Source: Thraustochytrium aureum (lineage: Eukaryota). Taken from it: a stretch of 56,885 bases of DNA. A program made the translations under genes and the position numbers. The stretch's first letter is position 1, and every line of letters begins with the position of its first letter. The notes below the pieces were generated by a model. That model was not told the origin of the DNA and did no database searches. It worked only from the letters and a program-made list of their open reading frames with translations. This document shows, in pieces, positions 12,954-24,700 of this stretch. Location: the NCBI GenBank assembly GCA_012862495.1, contig BLSG01000299.1, positions 87,772 to 144,656 on the forward strand, in the 5' to 3' direction.

Positions 12954-15900
12954 CCCGTCGAGCCGGCCGCCGCCGCGACGGCGCCTCAAAGCACCACAAC
13001 GCGGACCTCGCTGGTCGAACGAAAATGCGGCGAGTTGCTGCGGCCTTGGAGCCAGCCCAAGCCAGCCCAGAGCGTCCAGCCGCAGCCGCAGCGCGCGCAG
13101 AGGCGACCGACCGCGGAGAGGGGCGTCCTTCCGCCTGCGCCTTCGTTGCTGCCTGGCAGGCTGGCAGGCAGGCAGGCAGGCAGGCTGTCCTGGTTTCCCC
13201 GAGATCGATCGCGAGGCGGGTCGCGATCGGAACTGCGTTACTGCGTATTTTCGGACTATTTTTAGTCTTTTCGCGGGGCGGATACGAGGTGGAAAGCGCC
13301 GTATTTCTCCGGGTTACTACCGAGACGAGCGGCTGCTCAAGAAGGATGAAACGGCTCTCCTCCGCGCTGCTACGGGTTCTCTATTGAACGTTGATATTTG
13401 GCTCGCGGGGTTTGCGCTTGAGTACTGAGGATCAAGATGCGAGGGGCGGCCTCGCGTGCGCCGGGTCGGGGTGGCCGTGGCGCGCGGAGCCGGCGTACTC
13501 CCGTGGCAGGGCTAGGATTCGGGTCGACTCTCTGCGCGCTCGCCGCTCGTTTTGAAACTGTCTCCTTGGCGGGGATGGGTTTCGACAGTTGCGAAACAAC
13601 CTGCCACGATCGTTTCGGGGGGTGGTTGAGCGAGTTACCGTTGCTGGCTCATCAACGGCCGCCGGCAGCAGAGCAGCGCCTCGGACGAACGTTTTTTTTC
13701 TCAACTGCAAGATAAAAAACGCGCAAGCAAGCAATCAACTCGCTCTGGCCTGCGCGCCAGCCTCGACGGTTGGGAGCTCTTGCCCCAATCCGAGCACCTG
13801 GCGAGCGTGATGGTCAACGTTTCGTTCGGCGCGCGCGCAGTTTTGGGCAGGCGATCTCGAGCCGCGCCAGCTGGACAGGCCTTCGTCGGCCGGTCTTTTC
13901 GAGTTATCGAAAGACAGTCCAACAGGGCGCAACGGAAAAGCGGCCTTTTTGGTAAATTGTAACGCTCGTCATTGACCCTCCCGTTTCGTCAGTCAGGAAG
14001 CTGCCAGGGAGCTGAGCTGCCAGGCCTCGTCGTTCGAGGCGCCTCGGCGCTGCCGTCGTTCGTTGCGCCTAGTCGTAGAAGCGCAGCCCGACCGTTTCGC
14101 TGGCACGCCAGCGCCGAAGCCTTGCCAGCCGCCGTGCAGGCACTCGGCGGGCTGGTTGCGCCCGGCGCGCGCTGGCGTGCCTACTCCTCCCTCGCAGCCC
14201 TCGCAGTGGACCATAGAGCCAACTCTCCAACAAGGCCCGCGCGCCGAGCTGGCACGGCCCTCGGATGCTCGGCATGCGCATCGGCAGGCACCTGCCGTGG
14301 CGCTCAAGCATGCGATAAACAGCACGTGCGTGCGTGCGAGCGAGCGAGCGAGCGAGCGTGCGTGGCCAGGTCAATTTCCTGTGAGACAATCTTGGTGGAA
14401 TAGGTACACTCCCGCAGAAAAGGACATCTCGCTGTCTCCTCCGCCGCTGAGATGAAATTGCGGTGATGCGAAATAGGTGCGTGGAAATGCCGTTACCATT
14501 CCGCTGCATACGAAGAGCCGACCTACTTTCCCTCCCGGCTCGCCATTTCCTCAGAAAAGCGCACCGGCCTCCTCACAAACCAGCGGTCCAAAACGAGCGT
14601 CCTTACTTTACTCTGCTAGGGACTCTGAGGGCCCGTTGCGAGTCCGCCGCTGTGCAGCCGAGCGTCGAGGCGGCGCTCGCTGGCAGAGGGCCTCACTACC
14701 TCCCTGGACCCTCCCTCGCGCTCGTTCGTTTGCGGCCCGCCAGCTCCATTGCCGACGCACTTTTCAGCCTGGCGCCATTTCGACTCGCGAAACTCGATCG
14801 CTCGTCACGGTGGTGCGTCTCGTGATGGAGAGCGAGCCGACGTCGGTGGTGGGCTGTTTTGATTCGTCCGCCGCTCACTCTCCTCTTCCGCCGCGGAGCA
14901 CTCAAGGACGAGGAGTCTTCAGCCTCGCGCTGAGCCTCTCTCTGATGACTTGAGCTGCCTGGCGCGCCTGCCAGCCTACTGCTCGCTCACNNNNNNNNNN
15001 NNNNNNNNNNNNNNNNNNNNNNNNNNNNNNNNNNNNNNNNNNNNNNNNNNNNNNNNNNNNNNNNNNNNNNNNNNNNNNNNNNNNNNNNNNNNNNNNNNNN
15101 NNNNNNNNNNNNNNNNNNNNNNNNNNNNNNNNNNNNNNNNNNNNNNNNNNNNNNNNNNNNNNNNNNNNNNNNNNNNNNNNNNGCTCATGGTCTACTTGCT
15201 ACGGAGTACTCTACTTACCTTCGACTCTCGCCTTGCACAACTGCGCATGCGCCTGCTGCCACGCGCGGCGCTCTCACCACCAGGGCACCACGGCGTCACC
15301 GACTCCGCCCGCTCGCGGCTGCTTGCGCGTGAAAGAGGTAGGTGCCTGTGCAGGCGGTGGTGACGATGAGTATTGGAGCGTCCAGGTGGCGGCGCGTTCA
15401 CGCTGCGGCACGCATCTCACGCGAGTCGAGGCCTCCAGGTCGGATTCTGTCGGGTCTCGAGGGCGGATGGGTGGACCTCCGCGAGCGTCGGGAGAAAGCG
15501 CGCATAGAGCGGGACGTGCCGGCAGGCGCGGCTCCCTGGCGGTGACCAGCCGGCTCGGGCTCTTGGTGCTGACCAAGTCGTGCTCCCCGCGGGCTGCCGT
15601 GCCTCCCACCTTCCTTTCTTTCCTTCTTCAAGTTTCTTCTTTCTTTCACCCGACCGAGCCAAACGTGCGGTGCTGCGGCTTTGACGGGCGAAATTTCAAA
15701 TTAATGGCGGAAACGGCGTTCGCTCGCTACCGGTTCTGGGCCGTTGGCTCCAGAAAAGCGAGCGGTGGCAATAAAGTGCACGGTTTGGAGAGTAAGCAGG
15801 GAGCCGGTGTTTTCGCCGCGCAAGCAGAGGAGCCCTCGTGCCACGTAGATCGATCGACCGGCGGCGCAGCCGAATCCAAGGACGCCGCTGCTTGCTTTCT

Positions 15901-15969
15901 GCCTGCCGGCCTGACGTCTTCAACGACGAGCAGGCCGTCGCGATACTTCCTGCTGATCGATGAGTGCGA

Positions 15970-16095
15970 TGCGACGAGACGAGACGAGACGAGATGGAGT
16001 GGGATGGATGGATAGAATTCATCGAGCTTTTGGTCTGGTTTTTGTTTCCCCAACAATGCATGCATGCATGCATCCATCCATCCATCCATCCATCC
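15970..16095. repeat. Compound microsatellites (GAGAC)n, (GGAT)n, (ATGC)n, (CATC)n
   Basis: Visible simple repeats. Similar (GGCA/GCCA)n tracts occur at ~13155, ~26991, ~31411, ~42313 and ~51700, and (GCGA)n at ~14336. Confidence 0.85.
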
Positions 16096-16829
16096 CACCG
16101 ATGCGCCACAAAGCGCGGCTGCTGCAGAGATTTGCGTCGACTCGAACCCGCCTACTTGCCGACCTGACCGCCCTCCATGCTGCAGTCTGCAAGAGAATGG
16201 TGCTCTGTGAGGGCACTTTCTGCGCGCGGCGTGGCTGGCTATACCTCCAGCCGAGGAGGGTCAGATACGCACTGAGGCAACGACTGGGAACAAATCAGCC
16301 CGCAGCGCGCGCCTCTGCAGCATGAAACCACAACTGGTTATTTCACTAACAAACTGCATGGAGGGCCCGAGCGAAACAGCGCCGCGGCTGTGAGTGCAGC
16401 GAGGCGCAGCGAGCCGCGCTTTGGCGCGCTTGGAGCCCGCCAGGTCGCGGAAACTGCTGCCCTGCTACGCTCCCTCCCAAAAACAACGGTATGGCTCGGA
16501 CGGACAGAAACTGGGCATGGGCGCCCAACATTGCAAACACCAAACTCGCGAGCCCAAATACGAACGGCACGGCGCGCAAGCATCGAGCAGCGCTGCTAGA
16601 GTCGCCCACGACACGCGCACAGCCCAACGCGCGAAGCCAGCAAGGTCCACGCTGGACCACGCGCAAGAATCACTCGTTCTCTCCTCGAGACCGCCGAGTT
16701 CGAGTTCTCAACGCCGCAGGAGCAGACCTCCCTTCGCCAGAAGGACATTGGCCGATTCCAGGCCGAGCCGCAGAGCCCACCGGCACGGTGGCAAGAAACG
16801 CGCCATAAATTCAGCCGTCACCCGTCAGG

Positions 16830-19209
16830 ATGGGCCGCTTCGCAGCTCGCGCTGTTGAGGCCCTCGTGGCACTCGCCTCTTTCGCGAGCCTCGCTGAGGC
16901 CATCACGATGGCCGGCAAGGAGATCCGTTCATTAGAGGCAGTAACGGTGACCAGCGTCAACCGCACCAGCGCCGATAGCCTCAAGGTTGAGATCGAGTTC
17001 CGTGGCGACCACGTGGTATGTGAAATGGAAAAGGTCCGCGCGCTGTACTCCATGTCCAGCTCAATCATCGTGGGGGGCGAAATCGTCGAGCGCCCCAACG
17101 GGAGGGACGCCAAGGCGACGTTCCGCACGGCCGCCCGCAGCGAACAACTCTGCCTCGCCACCCTCAACGAGGACGACTCCGTAGATTGCACATTCCGCAG
17201 CAAGGACGGCAAAATCTACAACATCGCCTCCACCAAGAAGCTCGAGTCCGACATGGGCTCTGACCGCGTTCGCCTCCTCCGCTCCGAGAGCTCGGAAAGC
17301 CGCTACCTGGCCGCCGAGGAAGTCGAGGTTGGCTCGTGCGGGGAGGGCACGCTCGTCGAGAACGTCATCCACGACCTCGCCAAGGCGCGCAGCGAGGAGA
17401 TCAAGCAAGCTGCCGCCAACCCAAATGCCCGCCGCCGCCTCGGAGGCCACAGGCATGCCGCCGCTGGGTCTGCCGACACGGCAGCTGAGCGCGAGCTCGG
17501 GTCGTCCATGACCCTCCCCATGCCTGGCTGCTACGATAATCAGGAAGTGGAGCACGCGCTTGAGATCGGCATCGTCGTCGGCAAGCCGCTCGTCGACTTT
17601 GCTGGAAGCGTTGACCGCGCTCTCTCCTTGGTTGAGCAGACCGTGTCGCGTTCCAACGTCGACTTTTCTGCCTTTTTAAACGTCGTCTTCACCATCAAGG
17701 AGGTGATCGTTGTCACCGGCGGCAGCGGCACCCACGCTGCGCTCCGCCCCCTCGCGACCTGCAGTTCTTCTATCAACGACGCCCTCGACGCGATGCGCGA
17801 CTTCAGTGCAGCGCTCGGGACCACCAGCCCCATGCAAACGGGCCACTGGCACCTCCTCACCGACTGCGACTGGAACGGAGTTATCGGCATTGCGTACAAG
17901 GACCGCACCTGCGAGGCGCAGAGGGGCTACAACACGGCTGTCACGACCTTGTTCCATGGCAATGCCAATGGTCTCGCGCTGACCTTCTCTCACGAGGCTG
18001 GCCACGGCTTTGGCGCCTCGCATTCCTTCGAGCAAGGCAAGGGCAAAACCGGCGGCATCATGGATTACGGCAACCCTAACCTCCCGGGGTATGGCAAACC
18101 CGGCTTCCGCATTGAGCGCCAGAAGGAGATGTGCAAGAATATCCGTTCTGCCATTCAGAGCAACTGCCAATACTTGAAGGCGCACGGCTCCAGTCGCAGC
18201 GCGTGTGGGAACCGTGTGCTCGACAACAACGAGGAGTGCGAGTGCCCCAACGGGTCTACGAACTGCAATGGCTGCACCAACTGCAAGCTCGACGACCCGA
18301 CGCGCCAGTGCAGCCGCGACTTTTTCATGCGCGTGCGCCCCGATGCGGACGGCTTGACCGCTGACAGAGACTGCTGCACCGCTGCTGGCAAGCTCATGGA
18401 CGCCACCACTGAGTGCGCGGGGAAATCTGCTGGCTACTGCTCGTTCGGCAAGTGCCTCAACACCTGCACGGCCTCTTTCCTCGCTTTCGACTTGTGCACC
18501 GAAGCTCCAGGGAAGGGGGCTGCCGTCAGCTGTGCAAACAAACCGGTCGCGGGTTCTGCACGCCCTGGTGGAGGGTTGACGGTGTTGGCTTCCTGAGTCA
18601 CCTGCCGGACGGCGCACTCTGCAGCGCCACCGGCCAGCCGGGCACTTGCTCGAAAGGGAATGCAAACCCATCAAGGAGGACGCTGAGGTTCCCGATAACA
18701 ACGACGATGGCNNNNNNNNNNNNNNNNNNNNNNNNNNNNNNNNNNNNNNNNNNNNNNNNNNNNNNNNNNNNNNNNNNNNNNNNNNNNNNNNNNNNNNNNN
18801 NNNNNNNNNNNNNNNNNNNNNNNNNNNNNNNNNNNNNNNNNNNNNNNNNNNNNNNNNNNNNNNNNNNNNNNNNNNNNNNNNNNNNNNNNNNNNNNNNNNN
18901 NNNNNNNNNNNNNNNNNNNNNNNNNNNNNNNNNNNNNNNNNNNNNNNTACCAAGCATGGTGACGACAACACCGATGACGATGAAGAGGACCCTGACGATA
19001 GCCGCCTTCCCATCCAAAGCGGGTGCGAGTCAATCAAATCTCGCGAGGACTGCTGCAAATACAAGGAGGGAAAGAGCAAGTCACACCAAAACAGCCCATG
19101 CGTGCCCACTGTGGCCGGCTCGTTCTGGAAGCGCAAGCAAGTATGCAGACCCCTTGCCTGGGTTTACAACCAGAAAAAGGAGCGCTTCCTCGACCACTGC
19201 TCGACGTAA
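16830..19209 (+). CDS. Secreted reprolysin/ADAM-type (M12B) zinc metalloprotease with disintegrin-like and Cys-rich regions; frameshifts near 18500 and 18655; N gap
   Basis: Hydrophobic signal peptide, a prodomain with SCG and RRRL, the zinc motif HEAGHGFGASH, a Met-turn (GIMDY), a disintegrin-like start (CGNRVLDNNEECEC), then an acidic linker and a Cys-rich tail ending at 19209. Confidence 0.85.
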
Positions 19210-20248
19210 ATGCTCGCGTGAGAACCTGGAGAACATGACTTTCTCCAGCGATACAGCGCCCGCCACCGCGGTGCAGTTCTCACGCAAGCTCTCGAGCCTT
19301 TTTCTCTGCACGCCACGACTGTAGCGTCGTGGCGTGCACGACATGCCAATGAATTTCAAGATCAAGCCATGACATGATGATCATCCCACACCAATTTGTA
19401 GTTACTAGTGTGATGGGAAAGCAAAACCCGAGTTTGACATGACTGAAATTCGACTTACCGCCGGTGCCGCGAGTGCCGCCTTGCCGAGGTTCGCGCCTGC
19501 CATCCATCTGTCCTTTGGAGCAGCGCTCGAAGCTTTCCAGGTCCTCTCGCGGCGACATGCTGCTCGAGTCGCCCGGCATGCCGCAGCATCTCCAACCCAA
19601 CCCTCTCTTTCGTCACCGCAATCCGCGCGCACCACGCACGTACTTACGTACTTACTCTCCGGAGGAGTGCAGATTGCAGATACTTCGCGAGGCGCGTTGG
19701 CTTCGAACAAGCAGAGCCGCAGAGCAAAAGCTTCCGTTTGATTGAACTCTACGGTACTGCATGTTGGTCCTTCTTTCCAGCGACGCAGAGCTCGCCACGC
19801 GCCAGCCAACCCCACCACCAGCCCGCACATGCTGATGAGCAGCGAGCATGCAGCAAGTCCGCCTCGGCCCCACCTTGCGCAGCAGGTGGGGCTAGTCGTC
19901 AGCCGACTGCCGGCGATATTCTGGTCCATCGCACATTCATCGCACATTCACGATTCACCCCTGCTGTGCGCGTCTGCGACGCCGCATAAAACACCGCTCG
20001 AGAGGATTATCGTGCCGGAAGTGGGGCGTAGGCACCTACCTTCAGTATCTCGCATCTGGCACCGCGCAGCCTGGAGAGGTTTGACGCACTTGCACTGCAT
20101 TCGGCCTTGCGTGCATGCATGCAGTCGCCCAACTGGACACAGCACGCAGTGCGTGGCGCAGAGCAAACCAGCGAAGCAAAGTAGCAGAGCGAGCAAGCAA
20201 GGCCGTTCGTGTGTTTGTCCCAGACGCAAGCGGGAGCAAGCGGAGATA

Positions 20249-21259
20249 ATGCTGGCCACGAAGGCAACGGCCGCAGCTATGGCGAGCCGCGTCCTGAAAA
20301 GGGGCCTGGCGACTGGTGCCGCGTTCGCGCCCAGGATGGCTGGCCAGGTCTGCATTGTACTGGTGCCGCGGGTGGCATCGGCCGCGAATCGGCGCTGCTC
20401 TTCGCAAAGCATGGCGCGGAGGGCGTGGTCTGCGCGGACATCAACGTGGAGGCTGCCACGGAGACGGTTCGCATGATCGAAGCCGCCGTGGGGCCTGGCA
20501 AGGCTGTCTCGCAAAAGGTGGACGTGTCCAAGCAGCAAGACTGCAAAGACATGGTGGACAACGCCGAGGCCACGTTCGGCAAGCTCACCGTGCTTTTCAA
20601 CAATGCCGGAATCATGCACAACGACGACGGCGACGCCATGGCCACCGAGGAGGAAATCTGGGACCTNNNNNNNNNNNNNNNNNNNNNNNNNNNNNNNNNN
20701 NNNNNNNNNNNNNNNNNNNNNNNNNNNNNNNNNNNNNNNNNNNNNNNNNNNNNNNNNNNNNNNNNNNNNNNNNNNNNNNNNNNNNNNNNNNNNNNNNNNN
20801 NNNNNNNNNNNNNNNNNNNNNNNNNNNNNNNNNNNNNNNNNNNNNNNNNNNNNNNNNNNNNNNNNNNNNNNNNNNNNNNNNNNNNNNNNNNNNNNNNNNN
20901 NNNNNNNNNNNNNNNNNNNNNNNNNNNNNNNNNNNNNNNNNNNNNNNNNNNNNNNNNNNNNNNNNNNNNNNNNNNNNNNNNNNNNNNNNNNNNNNNNNNN
21001 NNNNNNNNNNNNNNNNNNNNNNNNNNNNNNNNNNNNNNNNNNNNNNNNNNNNNNNNNNNNNNNNNNNNNNNNNNNNNNNNNNNNNNNNNNNNNNNNNNNN
21101 NNNNNNNNNNNNNNNNNNNNNNNGCAGGCCGCCCTCTTCCTGGCCAGCAAGGAGGCCTCGTACGTGACGGGCACGTCCTTCTATGTCGACGGCGGCATCA
21201 CCAGCGCCTACGTGACGCCCGAGGAGCAGGTCGACCCGTTTGGCGGCCCGCCCCACTGA
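20249..21259 (+). CDS. Short-chain dehydrogenase/reductase (classical SDR) with a probable mitochondrial presequence; frameshift at ~20357; middle lies in an N gap
   Basis: Presequence-like MLATKATAAAMASRVLKRGLA, cofactor motif TGAAGGIG, LFNNAG, and the C-terminal ALFLASKEASYVTGTSFYVDGG. Confidence 0.9.
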
Positions 21260-21735
21260 ACCAACCACCTTCGTGCCTGAAACAACTGCTGCTCAGCCAG
21301 CGCAACTGAGCCGCCTTGCTTCGCGCCTGCATGGGCAGGGCGTGCTGCTGTTGACTGGATGCTTGGGCGTGCAGAGTGGCGCGACAACCAAGTGCGATTT
21401 TGACAAGAAAACAAGAAACAAACGAGACTTTCATCTCCCGATTTCCGCGTCCATGAAGCGACTCGCTGCGGCGAGGGCTCCCGTGAACCAGGCACATCGA
21501 CTCTCTACTTGTAGCTCACTGAGCTAGTAGTCTACAGAGAGACAGGTCCATGTCTAGTCCGAGACCTCGCATGTAAGTATCGTTCCTTTTGATTGTATTC
21601 CGGGCTGGGGGCCAGCGACGGTGCAACAGAGCGTTCGCTTGTTCAATAGGCACCCACCGCGTGGCTCCCCGCTGACCGTGCGCCCCTTGCGCGCTGTGCG
21701 GGTCCAAGGCGGCCCCTCCTACGCGGGAACAAGCT

Positions 21736-24700
21736 CTAGGACCCCCTGGCTTTCATCGACTGCAAGGCGCCTCGTGCCGCTGTCTTGGACGTGCTCAATG
21801 CGCCATTGAACGACTCTAGCACGCTGCGTTGGCCACTCTCGGCTCGACGTTCGCGCCTAATTGTTTCCAACTGCTTCACCTTGACGGCACGTGCCTCAAT
21901 CTCGTTCTTCTTCCGCAACTCCGCCCGCACCGACTCGAACACGCGCTTCTTTCGGTCCCACCATTTTGCACCGAGAAACGCTCGGATTACCGCGGCTTGC
22001 ATGTCAAACACGGGCAGCAGCATCACCGGGTAGCGCGCGTACACTTGGCGAAACTCTTCAAAGCCGAGCTGGGACGCGTACGTGTCGTTGACGTGCTTCA
22101 TCACACGTTGAAGGTCGCGATGGTCCTCCGGGTCGAGGTCGTGCAGCTTTTTCAGCAAGTTCTCAAAGCTTGCGATTGGAAGAAAGCCCGACCCGGCCGG
22201 GTCGGCGATGTTGAATACAACTTGCAGCACTTCCCGCGTCCCGAACAGGCAAAACGTGCACAGCGCTTCCATGAGCTCCCCAAAGTCCATCGTGCCGTCT
22301 CCGCTCTTGTCTAGGAATCGAAACACGCTGGCTGTGACCTCGCTCTGTTTCAACCCGATGTAGTAGAAAAACTGCTCCATCGTGACTTGTCCGCTTTGGT
22401 CCGTGTCCATCGCTGCGAAACAGGCGGCCACCTTGGCAAGGTCCCGCTTTTCGAGAGCGAGCGTCTCGACGCAGCGTTCAATGGCGTCCGGCTTGCCTGC
22501 GTCGTTCGCCGAGTTGTACTCGTGCTCGGCAATGTCTTGCTCCACCTCTGCCAACAGCTGCACCACGCGCAAGTTGTTCGGGTTTTCCTCCAGCGCGGTA
22601 CGGAGCTCGTTCTGCTGGGCGACAAGCTTTTCCAAGGGCGCCACACTGTGCTTGGCCGCGTCCGCCTGCCGTTGCACCCAAATGTAACGCTCTTCGCGTA
22701 CGCGCTCGCTGGGTTTTGCGCACCTCACCTCGCACGGCAATTTGAAATACTTTTTGCGCTTGAGTGTGGTCTCCTCGCTCTCGTTTGAAGCGACCTTCAG
22801 GTCGACCAAGCTGTCTTCTGGAGCTCCGTCCCGGGACACCTCAAGAACAAAGTTGGGCAGCTTCGGGTGTCGGACGAGCTGCCTACTCGCGTTTCGAGTC
22901 GCCCGTCGCTGTTGCACGCTCAACCCTTGTTTCAGTGCCGCTGCAAGCCTCGAAGGCGCGCGACGGCTGCGGCGCCCGGCTGCGCGCCCCTCGCCCGCAC
23001 CGTCATCGCCGCCGCTGTCGTTGTCGTCATCATCAGACTCCTCCTCATCGGAGTCGCTGTCCGGGTGCTTTTCCGGTTCAGCGGCTGCATTGGATGACAC
23101 GGAAATGAACCTGATTTGCTCGCCAGGGTGGATGCTCCGCGTGATCCAAAAGTAAATTGGCTCCCTCGTTTCAAAAGCAGGGCCGAGGTTGGTCCGAAGG
23201 CAACTAAAGTGCGGTTCCCCGCGCTTCCGGGCATCGGTGGCTGATCTTTTCATCTCTTCCTCCTCCTCTTTGCCGACCGTGATGACGATGTCACTGATGC
23301 CCTCTGCGAACCCGAGTGCCTGCTGCTGCTTGTCCATAATTGCTCGCGCGATTCGCTGCCGCTCGATTCGCGCGTCCGTGCCCAACAGCATCGCCAGCGA
23401 CTTTTGCAATAGGCCTCGGCTCCCTCTGGACCTCGTTGTTTTGCTGTTGATGGCCTTTGCGGTTTTCGCATTCAGTTCGCGGGACCGGGCCTCAAGCAGC
23501 ATCTCGTTCAAAAGCCCGCGGTTGCCGTCTACGTCGGTATCTTCAAGCTGCTTGACCAAGTCCAGCTCCAGCGCGCGCCTCTCCTCCTCGCTCAGTTCGA
23601 GGTCGATCAGGTACTCTTGCGCAAGCTCCAAATTTGCCACTCGACTCCGCGCGGCGGCGAGCTCCTCCTGCAGACGCGCCAATTCTGCCGGCTTGAACAA
23701 TTCGACAGGGACGAGGGCAGTCCAAGCTTCGTGGCGCAGCTCCCTCTCGAGATGCTTCAAATTGCGGCTCATTCGCTCCTTCCTGGCTTTGTCTTCCATG
23801 CGGATTGAAACGTTGCGACGTTGGCAGAGGTCGAGGAACCTGCCCGACACCGCGGCGTTCTCGCGGTAGACTTGCTCAATCGCGGCTCGCACACGGCCCT
23901 CCCGCGAGTTCAGCCACACGCGAAGACCACCGTCAGGCAAACGAACCGCACCAAGCATGGTGGACAAGAGCTCGTGCCGCAGCGACGACTCGCTCTTGAA
24001 CAGGCGCTCTGCCCTGGCGTGCAACCAAAGCATGTCGAGTTGCCCTAGGTACTCGCGCCGCAGCCTTGACGCTTCGTCGCGCGCGACGCCCTGCAGTGCA
24101 GCCGTGGCGTCCCGCGTCGTCGTCGCGAGGCGCTCCAGCGACTCGTCGATCCACCGGAGCTCGACTTTGACCGTTTCGCCGAGGCTCTTCTCGCTGCCAG
24201 TCGCGCACAAGGCGCGCAGTTTCGAGTCCTTCGACCTCTGGTACCCGTGGACGCCAGCCTCGAGCTCGGCCTTTCGGGTGAGGAGCCTGTGCTCCACAAG
24301 CTGGGCTCGCTTGCGGATGGCCTCCAGTTCGTTTATCTCCTTGGCCATCATCTCCGCCGTCTGCTCGTGGTATCGGCCGCGCCGCACAACGTTGGTGTGA
24401 AATCTCTCGCAGACGACGGCGTGCAAACGAATTGTGGACTCCATCATCACTGCAAACTCGAACCGGGCTTCTTCCTGGACCCCCGCCGGCGATTCGTGTC
24501 GGCGACGGCGCAGCTCTGCGAGCGCAACGGCCTTGTTCATCTCTGCAACATTGTCTGTCTCGAGGCGCTGGCTCGCAAAGACCTCGCGAAGGTCGATATT
24601 GAGGCGCTCAATTGTTCTCAGGTTGCTCACTTCCGCAATGTGGGGCTTGGCCCGCCAAAGATGGCCGCGCCAGCGAGCCTGGACCTTGCAGATCAAGTCC

